From contig CAJNYD010000105.1 in assembly GCA_905331295.1 (NCBI GenBank), positions 1 through 64,000 of the forward strand: DNA of 64,000 nucleotides, in the 5' to 3' direction. This stretch comes from Rotaria socialis (Eukaryota). Position numbers and translations under genes: made by a program. Every line of letters starts with the position of its first letter. Within the stretch, counting starts at the first letter, position 1. This document shows positions 39,502-53,436 of this stretch, in pieces. The notes below the pieces were generated by a model, which was not told where the DNA came from, searched no databases, and saw nothing but the letters and a program-made list of their open reading frames with translations.

Positions 39502-42500
39502 ATGTTCAAAAATTTGAAAGAAAAACTAGCAAATCAAGCTGCTAAAACAAATCTAAACTTTATTCCGGGCATTTCATCGCCTGATTCAGTATGTTTAGAA
39601 AGATATTGGCAATTTTATCTATTGTTTTTATTTCAAATTAGGCATCTATATCAAGAGATTCCGATACACGAACATCGTCAATTACGAGTCGTGACGATAA
39701 TCATGTAAATAAGAATTTACTTTTGCAATCTATATTTTTTGCATTTTTCTTTCAAGGAAAATAATCGTACTCGATTAGATTCAGCTGCAAGTGATATCAG
39801 TCAATTTAGTGTTGGTCATAATCCTAATGCAAGTTTAAATTATGAATCACCTCCACGTACTTATTATCCGCCGTCGGATATTGAATCTGAGTATGGTGGT
39901 GGTGGTGGTGGTGATGATAGCGATCATGAAAGTCATGCAGTGAGTTCATAAAAACAATGTTTATTTGTTTTTTAAATTCTTCTTTATTTTAGAAAATGAT
40001 ACAAATGAAAAAATTACTTGCTATTTATAAAAATAAATTCAACCAATTAAAAAATGCTTATGATGAAGTTGAACGAGAAAAAGACCATATTAAAGTACAT
40101 AAAAATTCGTTTTTTAATCATAATTTGTAATTTTTTCCGCGCAGAACATTTTACAACAACATCAAGATACATCAATAAAACGACTTTCAGAATTACGTGA
40201 ACAGACTAAGCTCGATCGACAAGCTAAAGAACAACTTGAATGTTTACATCAAAAAGAAATACGCAAGCGAGAAAATAGAATCGAAGAACTTACATTAAAA
40301 GTAAAATAATCAACTTTTTTTTTCCTAGAAGAGAATATATTCTTCTTTTGTTTAGCTTAATGCACAACAAGATCTCATTCAATTACCGCATGATGCAGAT
40401 CAACAAGAAATTCAAAAACTCCTCGAGAAGGTTAAATTTTTGTTTTTAAGTCAGCAATTCGCCTATCAAACTGTTTATGATACATATTCCTTCTTGTAGT
40501 CATCATTGATCAGAAGTTCTTTGTTTTATTTTTCATGCATTTAGTATTCGAAACACTTTAGCTTATAACACTTGCATAGGATTAGCGCGAGCATTTCATA
40601 CATAATCTCTTTGTTTACGTCTGCATACACTCTAATAGTGATTTATCTTTATCTTTCATCTTCTTCGTAAGTCTAATATTTACAATCGCAATCGATTCTT
40701 GAAGTTTAAAAAAGAACTTTTACACCGATGTTTTCAAAATAATAGAGAACAAAACTTAAAGTGCCTACGTACATGAAACATATTCTTGTGCTTAATAAAA
40801 TTTTGTCAATAGCATTAAAATATTTTACTTTAGAACTCCAAGCTTGAATCATTGCTCAGTCGATGCAATGAAGTGATGAAAACCAATGAAGCCAAGCGAA
40901 ATGAAATAGAAAAACAACGTGATGATCTTATTCAACAATTAAACGAAAAACAAAACGTAATTGAATCCATGATGAAAGTAAATATTCTTTTTTTTTCTTC
41001 TCCTATCATCTATCATTTATCTAAAAAGAAACGATAAGACTATGCACATACACATAAAAAAAATTCAGGGAGATATGTTCTCAACATATATTTATAGGCA
41101 CCTTCAAAGGGAGAAGATCATTTCAGTTTGAAACATTTTGTAAGAAACATTATGGTGAGTGGGTTCAATAATGCAATAAACTGTATTAACTCGCGGAAAA
41201 AATAACTTATTTTTTTGATGCATCTTGCATGTTATTTTATATTGTATGTCTTGTATTTATGGAAATAGTCTAGTTAGCTTTATAGCTCTTTTTTTTAATT
41301 TGAGTAGGAGGGTCAATATTAATTATTAACATTAAATAGAGATTTGCTATTTTAGGATCGCCATTCTGACGATATTTCAACAGCATCATTAGAAGTTCAA
41401 GAACACTTCGATTCCGATATAAGTGTTTTACTACAAGATAAACAACATTTACAAGAAAAATTAGAAGCAGCCCATCTTTGTGTTCGACAACTGGAAAATG
41501 AACTTGATTCAACAAAACAAAAACTGAAAGATACCGACGAAGAGATTAACGCAAAATATGAAAGTTTATTAGTTAAATTTAATGAAAAATCCGATTATAT
41601 GGAACAATTAATTAGTGATAAAACAAAACTTGAAACATCCAATGAAGAACTTCAACAACAAATTCAAACACTTCAACAAGATGTTAATCAACATTCCGAT
41701 TTAAATCTTATTGTATTAAATCAACAAATGAATATTGCAGACTTAACTGACGAAGTAAATAAATTACGAGAAACTATAAAAAATGTCGATACTATTCTTC
41801 CATCAAGTCAATCGACCGATTTATACGAAAAAATTCAAGAAATAATTAACGATCGACAAAATCTCTCTCAAGAAATTCTAAATGAAAAGCAACAAATTGA
41901 ACAATTTGAAAATGAAATTCAAAAGCTAAAAGAAATTTTATCAAATGAAAAAGAGCAACATTTTAAAAATATCGATACTCTTAAACATGAATATGAAGAA
42001 CGAATCAATCAATTGCAGAAGTCCACAGGTTAGCTTAATGTTACTAAGAAGTTAATCTTACGAATAGTTCAATAATCATAATATAGAAATATCTCTCTTC
42101 TATAATCTTAACTAGAACAGTTGCTCTCGGATTGAACACATGGGATACAGCAAGATGAGACCTAGTTTCTGCTCTTACAAAAAACTGAATTCAAACAAGC
42201 CACTCGTCTGGTATACTTTCGAATAGATATTCATTTTGACGTATACAATCTGAATTGGTATTTTTTTCCATATAGATGGACTGTTGAAAATGTCTGAAGA
42301 GATTCGGTTCCTCTTACGAGGGACCATTCCAAGTGATTCGCACCGTTTGGTCTAATATTTTGCTCGTAGGAAGGATCCAATGAGACTAGGAAAAGATTAA
42401 AAGATTTTTTCGCGCCATTAGGCATTTTCTTCGAAGTTATAACCGTTTTACTGAATTTTCGACCTTGGTCAAGGGATTTATAGAAAAGCTGTATGAAGGA

Positions 42501-45500
42501 ATTTCGAACTGAAATTTTTCCTAACAATAGGTCTCATCGGTGTTAGAACGTTCCAAACGTTTCAGTTAAAGATGATGCTTTCTTTTAGAGATATTGCAGA
42601 TTGAAGAAAAGTCAATTTTACGATAATTTTTGAACCATGGCCGTTTTCTTTAATCTGCAGTATCTCTAAAAGAAAGCATCATCTTTAACTGAAACGTTTG
42701 GAACGTTCTAACACCGATGAGACCTATTGTTAGGAAAAATTTCAGTTCGAAATTCCTTCATACAGCTTTTCTATAAATCCCTTGACCAAGGTCGAAAATT
42801 CAGTAAAACGGTTATAACTTCGAAGAAAATGCCTAATGGCGCGAAAAAATCTTTTAATCTTTTCCTACTCTCCTTGGATCCTTCCTACGAGCAAAATATT
42901 AGACTAAGCGGTGCGAATCACTCGGGAATGTTCCCTCGTTAGTCTGTACACTACGAAATTGAGTTTAGCACTAGCTGATCGCTATTTAACGTCTCTAGAT
43001 GAATAGCGAATCGCTCAATTTCCCTTTCATATTTCTTAAAACTGTGTCGTTGATTTGCAAAAATGCTAAGATAACTTATTTCGTATTTCTTCTTGGTCAT
43101 CTAAAAATTCTACTTTTGCTTTCTTACTAGATGATGAAATCAATCAACTTAAAGTTTGTCTGGCAAAAATACAGCAAGATTACGATGAATCCACTACTAA
43201 TTGTACTCAATTAAAAGATACAATAGAAAGTCAACGACAAGAACATTTTGAACAAATAGCAAATCTGAACCATGAAAAACAAAATGAATTTGATACAAAC
43301 ATTCGACAATTACAAGAAGACAATAAACATCTAAAATCTCAACTTGAAGAACTTGAAAAACTAAAAGATTCTTCCGTTCAATCTTTACAAGATGAACATC
43401 GAAAATCATTTGAAATCTTAGCAACACAATTTGATGACACATATAAAGAACGATTATCGAGTGTCGAAGATGAACTGAAAACTACCATTGTAAAACAAAC
43501 TGATCAAATCAATGAATTAAACTTTCAAATTGATCGACTCGAAAAACTATCCAATGAACAAAATGTTAAATTAGATCAAGCTGAAAGTGAATATAAAAAA
43601 AAGTCAAGTTATATTGAACAGCTTGAGAACGATTTACGCAATCTTCAATTATCACAAAAAGAAGAATTTAATAATACAACGAAACAATTACAAGATAATC
43701 TTCAACAACTCGATGAACTACAAGCAAAAAATAATCAACTTGAACAAGAACTCAACAATAAACAGAATGAATTCGATAATCATCAAGCCACAACTAAAGA
43801 AATAAACAAAAAAATAAAAATTCGACTTACTGAAAAGGAAAATGAAATCACTCGTCTTAATAATATCATTGATGAAATTAAAACTACTAGCGAATTCAGC
43901 ACAGAACAACTTGAAGATAAACAACATAAAGTTACACAACTCAGCGCCACTATAAATCAACTGGAAGAAACGAATCAAAAACTGAACAGTAAATATGAAA
44001 AGCTCTTGGAAGATAATCAGAATGAAATTAATGCATTAGAAGCGACTAACAAAGCATCTAATGACAAAATTGAAGAAAAACAGAACGAAATCGTGCAGCT
44101 CAATTCTACTATTGAAAAAATGAAAGAAACCGACGAATCAATCACTGCAGAATATGAAAATGTTAGCAAACAACTTATAGAAAAACAAAACCAAATAACT
44201 ATCCTCGCTGATGAACTAACACAGAAGAATTCAAAATTGATTGAAGATCTTGAACGGATTAAAAAGGAACTTGAAGATAAGTCAAATGAAGTTATTCATC
44301 TTACAAATACCATTAGTGAATTACAATCAAGAAATACCGACATTAACAACCTTCGATCCACAACTACTGAAGAATGCGAAACGTTAAAACTTCAACTTAG
44401 CGAAAAGGAGAACGAAATCATTCATCTTAACCATGTTATCGATGAAATTAAAGCAGCAGACGAAAATTTCAAAGCACAACTCGATGAAAAACAAAACAAA
44501 ATTACTCATCTCGCCACCGTCACTGATGAGCTGACACAAAAAACTTCGATTCTAACCGACGATCTTGAAAGCATTAAAAAAGAATTTGACGATAAATCAA
44601 ATGAAGTTATTCATCTTACCGATACGATCAGTGAATTACAATCAAAAAATGCTGAAATGAATAATCTTCAATCCGCGGCTAATGAAGAATACGAAAAATT
44701 AAAAAATCAATTTACCGAAAAAGAAAATAAAATTCTTCATCTCGTTAACATCATCGATGAAATGACACAGAAAACTGCCATACTAACCGACGATCTTGAA
44801 CGAACTAAAAACGAACTGGAAGATAAGCAAAACACAATAAATCAACTAGAACAAAATAATCAAACTTTAAATAATAAATGTGAAAAACTACTCGAAGATA
44901 AAGATACTGAGGTCGTTCGTCTTACTTCACTGAATAGTCAAATCAAGGAAAGTAACGAACTGACCGTGGAAGAACATGAAACACTAAAAAACCAAGTAGA
45001 AGAAAAACACAATGAAATTCTTCGTCTTACAATTCTCATTGAAGAGATGAAAGCACAGAATTTGTCGAGTATTGAGCAACAAGAATTAGTTAGAAAACTA
45101 CTTGAAGAAAAACAAAATGAAATCGTTCAACTTACAGCTAATATAGATGAAATACGAACAACAACAGCCGATCAAAGCGAACAGTTAAAGCAAACTATTG
45201 AAATTCTCAAAGAATCACAAATTATTGATCAACAATTAATTGAGCAAGCAAACAGAGAAGTATAAATATTTTCCATAAAAAAAAAGAAAACTTCACCTTT
45301 CGAGCTTATTCACTTCATTGCATACATGAAAAACTGCGAGCATATCCAATCCGTAAGAAAATCAAAAATACCAAAGACTGCTCATAGGCCTTCGCTGTTT
45401 ATGTTGAGAATTGGATTTGTCACTTTCTAGTTTCGGCGAATCACAGAGAGATTGCCATCAGATTGAGAAGTGATGTAGGCTGATCCTTGGACGTTATTTT

Positions 45501-48249
45501 TGTTATACATTTTAATATGATACATATTAATTAGATCGCTTAAACATATTTTACTCTTTTCTTTTCTTTTTTGAAGTGTCGCTCTACATAATATGGATTA
45601 GTTGAGAGAGTCATCGACTATTTAACTGATTCATTTCCTTTTCTTTTCGCTTGTATAGATCGAAACACTTAAAAAAAATCTTTCCGATGAACAATCCAAT
45701 TCTGCTGCCTTAAAACACGCACAAGAATCCCACGTCGAACAATTAACTATTGAACACGAGCAATTAATTGAAAATCTAAAATTTGAATACGTTTCAATGA
45801 CTAATGAAAAAATAGAAGAAATTGATAGTCTTCATCAGCAAATATCATTTCAACGTTCTCGATCGGATTCTCATCAAGACACTATTGAACAATTACGCAA
45901 AGAACTTCACGAATACGAAAAAAACGTTTCTCAACAAAATGCTCAACTTGATCATTTACTTGATGAACAAAAACAACGAACAGAATCAATAGCACGTTTA
46001 AAAAATATTCTCAACGTTGATGCAACAGATCACGATGATCTATTGGAACAATTGATACACAAAATGGAACAATATCAATTGTTAATAAGTGAATCCGAAC
46101 GTTTAAACAATGACTTAACTCAACAAAAATCTGAGCAATCACATCTTCATAATGAACTACAACAATTAGAACAACAATTTGATGATATGAAAGATGAGTT
46201 AAATAGAAATAAACAAGAATTAGCACAAGATAAACAAAAATATGAAAATCAATTAAATCAACTAAATCAAACCTACGAAACTTTACAAAAAGACAAACGT
46301 ACACTTGAAGTTCAATTCGAAAATATTCAAACTCAATTCAACGAGAAAACAAATCAATGCGATGAACTTGAAGCTAATTTTAAGAAAACGTTTATTGAAA
46401 AAGATGAACAAACATTAAAATATCGACAAGATTTTAATCAACTACAAACTTTTAATGAAGACCTTCGACGAGAATCAAATGATTTACATGATGAAGTAAA
46501 ATCGAAAACAAATGAAATTCTTTCATTACAAGCAAATATCGATAGAATCCAACAAATATTACAATCAAAAGTTGATCAAATCGAACAGCTTTCACAAGAC
46601 AAAACTTCTTTAGCCGAAGACAATAATCAAAAAGAACAGCTTGTATCTGAACACAAACATCTAATTGAAATACATGCAGTGCTAGAAGAAAAATTTAATC
46701 ATCTTCTATCTGAAAAAGCTAGATTAGAAAATCAATTAGATACAATTAGAATACAAATGCAAACAACAGAATCGAATGCAAGTAAAACAGAACAAGAAGT
46801 GATTAATAAACTTCAACAAGCTGAAAAACGAATTCAAGAAATTCAGGTGAGTTTACTAATTAATTAAATATTCTTCTCATCCGGTCATCACCCTGAATAT
46901 ATAATTGAAGATAATTATTTCATTTAGATTGAACACGACTCGGTTCAAGCAGAAAAGAACTCATTACAACATCAAATCGTTTCATTGCGAACTACCAATG
47001 AAGAAAATACTCGTCGTATAGCTGAATTTGATTGTCAAAGATCAATTTTTGAACAGGAAAGTATTGAAAAAGATCGACAAATAACAGAACGTGATGAACA
47101 AATTCAAGAACTGCAATCGACCCTCACACAAACTCAAGAAAACGGAACTAAATTACGTAAAGCATTACATAAAATGAAAGAAACTTTGACGAATAATGAT
47201 CAAACACGCACTCAGGAATCAGGTGAATTTTCAATAATTAATACTTTTATTTTTCCACAACAAGTTTCATCTTTTATCTTCATTAGAAATTCGTTTGCGT
47301 ATACTTACTGAAGAATACGAACAGAAACTGAAAGAGCAACAAGAAGAATATAGCACAAGTTTGAAATCGATAACTAAAGAATTGAATTCACAGATAGAAG
47401 AAAAAGAGCAACAATTCAATCAACAACGTCAAGAATTAATCAGTAATCTTTTTTCTTTTTCTTTTTCTTATTGAAACTACGTTTTTCTAATTAGATAAAA
47501 GTTATCAAAATGAAGATAATATAAAACAAAAAATTATCGAGGCGGAACAACGAGCAACAGCTGCTGAAGAGCAATTACAAGTTTGTGTCTTTCTAGAGTT
47601 TCTTTTTCAATGAATAACAGAAAATATTATTTTTTAGGCAAAACAAACGGATCCTAGTATTGTACAAGAACTCGAATCTCAAATTATTAATCTTCAACAA
47701 CAACTCGAAAGTCTAAGCAATAGAGAAGCTGATTCTGTTCGGTATGTAAAAAGTATAGCTGTTGTCGCGACCGACTCGATGTTTTTGTAGAAACTAATAA
47801 ACTTTATATATTTGTTTTTCATAGAACAACGGATTTCGCCGCTCAAACGAGTATTGAAGGTAAAAAAAAAGGAAGACACATAATTATGAATACATATTTT
47901 ATATTTAGATCCGAGATTGATTTCGTCGCATGCTAGTTCAACTGATAGTTTACATACTTTTATGTTCGAACCTACTGAAATCGATTATTTAAAACAAATT
48001 GTTTTTGCTTATATGACAGGAACTGATCGAATGGTACGTTGAATACTCATTGTTAATAGATCGATACAAGAATTTCTTTTCTTAGACCATGATCAAAGTC
48101 ATTTGTGCACTTCTGCGTTATACTGATGATGAAAAATCATTGATCATAGATCACGAGAAACTTCGTCAGAGTGTAAGTATAAAAATAGGATTCGAAATTT
48201 TTTATAACATCGTTTCTGTATTTAGCGGTGGCTAAAAACATCAAGATAA
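39502..48249 (+). CDS. GOLGA4: GRIP-domain golgin (golgin-245/GOLGA4-like), multi-exon coiled-coil protein
   Basis: N-terminus MFKNLKEKL and several kb of E/Q/K/L heptad-rich exons. C-terminal GRIP domain EPTEIDYLKQIVFAYMTG...MIKVICALLRY. Stop at 48247-48249. Confidence 0.85.
42317..42938. mobile_element. Mariner-type fold-back MITE (~620 bp, ~295-bp arms) in a golgin intron
   Basis: TA|CGAGGG...CCCTCG|TTA termini. Arms 42317-~42610 and ~42644-42938 are near-identical inverted copies, visible as mirrored ORFs 42231..42527(-) and 42727..42942(+). Confidence 0.85.
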
Positions 48250-48680
48250 TTTCCATAAATGTAATTATACTGCAATTTTTATTTTTTATTTCTCAAGTAT
48301 ACGCACTGTGAATCTCTCTTATCACAAAAAAAGCAATATTTATGACTTTGACTTTTTTCTCCTTGCGTTATTGTATTTGAATTTTTTTAAAGTTATTATT
48401 CTTCTTATTATTTTTTGTTTTTGATGATAGTGGTTCTTTCTTTCAAGTTATTTTTATGTATATTTATGTGCATCAAGTATTCTCAATGCATATAAAAATT
48501 AAGACAATATAAATTATTTGATAAATGCTCAAAAAAATATCAATATGAAGGAAAAAAAATCAAAGTCAATTTTTCCAATAGGAAACGATACTAGTTTTAA
48601 ATAGTTTCATCCCGATTGGATATTTTCAAAGTATTAGAATGTTATCACTTATGTTCGATCACCAAACGATGGAAACTTCA

Positions 48681-49206
48681 TTTTTGTGTACTCAAAAAAA
48701 CTGAGTACACTCTAGATTCGGTCAGTGTGTCGGTCCGACCGTTAACACGATAACTTTTGAAAGCCTCATTCAATTGTCATGAAATTTTGTACACAGAATG
48801 ATCTCATCAATATCTCAGTCGAGTTCGAAGATGAAAGCAATCCGTCACGAAATGGTTGAGTTATCGAAAAAATTGTCATTTTTGACCAGACCATCCCTGA
48901 GGAGGGGTACAGGGATTTTTTTTCAAAAGACAAATTTTTCTCAGAATTATTCACAACATATATAAATCGACTCAATCTTTAACGCTGATTCCGAATCTGA
49001 TATTAGCTTTGAACTAAACCGTAGCTTTCTAACGAAACATCGCCTGAAAAACGTCTCAAAATGCACAAAAACTGCATCCAGAAATCAAATTGCCTAGTTT
49101 CTCATGATAATTTTGGTGTTCAGACATTCTAGAATGACTCATATGTCCCATGCACTTTTTACAGTACACATAACTCTCGGATGAAATCCGAAGTTTTCAC
49201 ATTTTT
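48681..49206 (+). mobile_element. Helentron-associated non-autonomous element (HINE/DINE-1-like)
   Basis: 5' T-run + subTIR/IR hairpin GTGTACTCA..TGAGTACAC, then CTAGATTCG and a short GTCG/GTCC-type repeat. 3' subTIR AGTACACA (~49163) is followed by stem-loop TCGGAT-GAA-ATCCGA and a T-run. No TSD. Confidence 0.7.
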
Positions 49207-49510
49207 GTAGAATGATATCCGTTATTGGAAAGCATTTTCTTCACTCGCACCGTGATCAAAAATTGAATTTTCTTAGTGCACGACTAATGACGCTGTATTA
49301 ATTCCGATACTCATTCTTAGATATAATCATCACTTCTTGTCAATATTGACAATCATAGCGCACCTGTTTTGTATAAATAATTAAAAGTAACCTGCGAATG
49401 AATTTCTTCAGTTCTTGGCTTGAATGTGTTCTTCATAGTTGCTATGTACTCTTGCTGGAAGTTGATTGGTATTTTCGATTTTATTCTAGGATTTGTCTTA
49501 CAGAATACCA

Positions 49511-51888
49511 ATGAGTATATTTCAATTTATCGCTGAAGATAGCTGGCTGCTGCGATTGATTGCTAACCACATCGGCTACTTTTCATTTGCTATTCCAGTT
49601 TTAATCATTTTGATTATTTCGAAAACAACGGCTTATAAAAGATGTAAGTATGAAGAGCATGGATCATTATCTTTTCACAATGAAATTTTAATATTATTGA
49701 TTAAAAGAGACACAGTCAAATATGTCATCATACTTTTGTTTACTTTTAAAAGCTCGCGCATAGAATAGCTTTGTAATTAATTATAAATAGAAAATACTTG
49801 AAACTCGTTACAGTGATAGTTCTAAATGATACTTGTAGTCAGAGATTTTTAAATGAGAAAAGCTGAAGCTATTTTGTCGGTACGATTCTCAGTCACTGAA
49901 CTTATTCATATTGTTTACTAAAGTTTTAGTCCCTATCGTGATCTCTATGTTTCATAAATAGACACGTGTTTATCAATTCATATGTTCAGCATTTTTCTTT
50001 GATGTACTCAAAATTAGCTAGTCATTCAATCATTTATTTTTAATTACTTTTAGGGCCACAACCGATTCGAGGTGTGATCAGTTTTCTTATTCGTATTTTA
50101 ATATCAGATCCATTCCATTCCACGTTGCCAGATGGCAGTAATAGAGGTGTATCAGCAGCACTAGTCAAACCGATTCCAACAGCACCAAATTTTACTCGTC
50201 ACAGAATCTTCAAATTCATTTTCTCATTTATTGGCCTTCAAATTTCCTATGTGTTATGGGGTCTATTACAGGAACGTATGATGACTCGTACATACGACGA
50301 TGAAAAATTTACGAATTCTCAATTTCTTGTTTTTGCTAATCGACTTTTAGCTATGATGGTTGCTTTTATATCGATGAAAATCTTTTATCCAGTGGAAAAA
50401 TCAACAGCAACAGGACCACCCTTGTATCAATATGGTATTGTATCATATGCTAATTGTATGTCAACATGGTTTCAATATGAAAGTCTTTTATATATTAGCT
50501 TTCCTGTTCAAGTTATTGCTAAAAGTGTTAAAACGATACCAGTTATGATTCTTGGAAAATTTGTCTCAGGGAAAACATATCCATTAAGACAGTATTCATT
50601 GATGTTATTGATGGCTGTTGGTATTGCACTTTTTCTATCGGGTTATAGTGAAAATCATACTGGTGCAATATCATCGAAAAGAGCTAAACAAAGCATAACA
50701 ACATTCAATGGATTGATTTTACTGATATTTTATTTAGTAAGTTTATTGTTCTAAAACGATTTGTGAAAGTTAGATGAGATTACGTACATTCAAGCGATTC
50801 AACAAACGAATGCACACCGTTTAAAATTTCTTACCAACACTTTATAAAACATGAGAAATTAAAATTTCTATGAATAAAGCTGATTCTGTTTTTTATGGGT
50901 AAACGCTAATTCTGTTTCTCTTTAAGAGTATACAGATATTTTTATGCCCATAAAGAGTTACAATTTCGTCGTTAGTCTATTATAAAATAAAATATAGTTT
51001 TCTATTTTCAGTGATCAAATGAGGTGAAACTAAGGAGCCGAACAGATTTTTTCTAATTGATTTCGATGTTGATAAAATTAGTGTTCTTCTTTTGTTTATT
51101 TTAACATTATGTGCAGTAAAATTCTGTACGATATAACACTGAGCATTGCTAGTAGATTTAATTTTGAATCATCGCGAGTTTGGGGTTCTCTTCTAATAAC
51201 AAAGTTCAGAAGCTTCTCTAAAAGTCCTGAAATAGACCAAGTATAATCTCAAATATCGAACTGAAATTTTTGTCTAAAATCATTCATTCTTTAATAGTTT
51301 AGTCCGAATAGACCATTATAGACAGTATGTATTCTGTGAGTGGACCTTTCTTAATAATTGCTTTGAAGTTCTTCGATGCTTTTGAGCATCTCTCACTTCA
51401 CGTCATTCTTATGGCAATTAAAACAAACATACTTTTATTCATTTTAGATTTTTGATGCTTTTACATCCAATTATCAAAAACATCTATTTGATCATTATTC
51501 AATATCGTTTCTTCATATGATGTTTTCTGTCAATATTATTTCAACAGTTCTTACGCTTACATCTCTTGCTCTTAGTGGTACTCTATTTGAATGCTTATCT
51601 TTTCTGCAACGACATCACCTATTTATGATCCATGTATTCGCAACATCAGTATGCTCATCGATTGGGCAGCTATTTATATTTTCAACAATACAAGAATTTG
51701 GTCCAGTTATGTTTACAATTATAATGACCATGCGACAAGCACTGAGTATTCTTCTATCGTGTCTATTTTACGGTCACCAATTAAGTTGGATTTCGGTTGT
51801 TGGCATTAATGTAGCGTTTTCAGCTATTCTTACTCATGCATTTATTCAATTCAAAAGAAGCAAACAATTGAATAGTAGTATCGTTTAG
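49511..51888 (+). CDS. SLC35B2: PAPS transporter 1 (SLC35B2), 3 exons
   Basis: GLQISYVLWGLLQERMMT, NSQFLVFANR, PPLYQY, STWFQYESL.YISFP.QV.AKS.K.IPVM, FDAFTSNYQ, GQLFIFSTIQEFGPV.FTIIMT.RQ. Exons ~49511-49643, ~50054-50736 and ~51449-51888. Confidence 0.92.
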
Positions 51889-53436
51889 AGTCGAACAGAG
51901 AAACTCTTCGCTTTGCTTTTGTTGTAAATTCAGCGCCCGGTGCGTATGATTTTCCATAGCTTCTGTATAAAACAAGAAACAAACAAGTAGTAAAAGAGAA
52001 TTGCTTTTATAGCAATTAAAAATAGTACTGCAATTTCTCTTCAAATTCAAACAAGTGTTTTTTTTTCTTTCCTCTGCCAAATGTGTTTTCACAATGAATA
52101 GTCATTTTGTTGATCAGTTTCATCGTTGATTTTCATTATAAACTATTAAAATGATTCATATTGCAAACTTAAAATAGTAAATTTTAATTCGAACAAAAAT
52201 TATAAATAAAAAAACATAATTCACTAGATCTTGATGTAGTAATTCAATCCACAAATATTTCCTGTAATCAATTCAATCTTATGTAATACAGACGGATAGG
52301 TTACATGTCAACAGGCAATAAAAGATGAAACTTGTAGAGATTCATCGAAATATATTATTGCGAATCAAGCATAGTATCGAAAAATAAAATTTTAATCAAT
52401 TGCTGCAATAAAGAAAATAATCTTCTTTTGTTTACCGGAAACAAGAAACCGTAAATATAATGTAGCCTGAGTTATTATACAAAGTAAACAAGGTTCATGA
52501 TTTATTTTTTCAATATTTGTTAATCTATTTTTTTTTACAAATGTCTTACACCGCCGCTTCATATTTTATTAGTAGAAAGTAGCCTCTCTCAATTATTTCT
52601 AACGTGTTTTGTGATTGTACGTAAAACAATGAATAGATAAAAGAACGGTAAACATTGGATGAGGATTAAAACAAGTTTGTTTGATATGATTAATAAACTC
52701 AAGAGATGTTTTCATTATCTTCTAGATGAATTTAATATAAACCGCTTACATATATGCTTGTTCGTTCCTCTACATGGTACTGCCGCGTGTGAAATTCCGC
52801 CATCTATGCTAGAATTAAAGGCACATTCAAAATCAGTGCATGATAAATGACTAATCATATTCTTTGATTATGAAACAAGAACCGAAGAGTACCGATTCAG
52901 CCGTATACTCTACAGATTGTCTTCTTTTTCTCTCTATTCTGTACTAGTAGTTTAAGTACGATATTTTGCGTTATCGTTTAAAGGTCAAGTGGTTTCGTAC
53001 ATTTCTTTTTCCTATAATACCATCCTAATAAATATGCATTCAATAGCGTTTTAAAGATAACGAAGAAAGCATTCTCTTAATTTAGAAGATTATACTTGAG
53101 GATCATTCTGTTTCTAAAAAATTTGGTTAAGTAAAAAGAAAAAAACCTTAACAGTCAACGAAAGTAATACTTTTTATCTTTGTCATTATTTGCACATGAA
53201 ACCAGGTAGTTGTCTATGTCAACAGTAATTGTTTTCATGAATCAATCGCGTCGCTTTTTTAAATGCCTAGCCGGTTTTATTCATTCTAATCGACTCTTTT
53301 TGTTTCGTGCACTTTATTGAAAATACAAAAATATTTTCTTTTATATCATAAATAAAAGCAAGCACCTGTGGTGATAATAAGAAAAAAATGAAATGCAAGT
53401 TAATCGTTTTGTTTTCAATTTCTTTTTAGATTGATC

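Noticed and set aside
42231..42942. Two near-identical ORFs on opposite strands (MLGKISVRNSF...)
   Set aside because: By-product of the fold-back MITE arms. TTG starts and no protein features.
43131..44005. Apparent gap or frameshift in golgin before ORF 44006
   Set aside because: The exon starting at 43131 is in the same frame as ORF 44006. The ORF caller simply found no earlier start codon.
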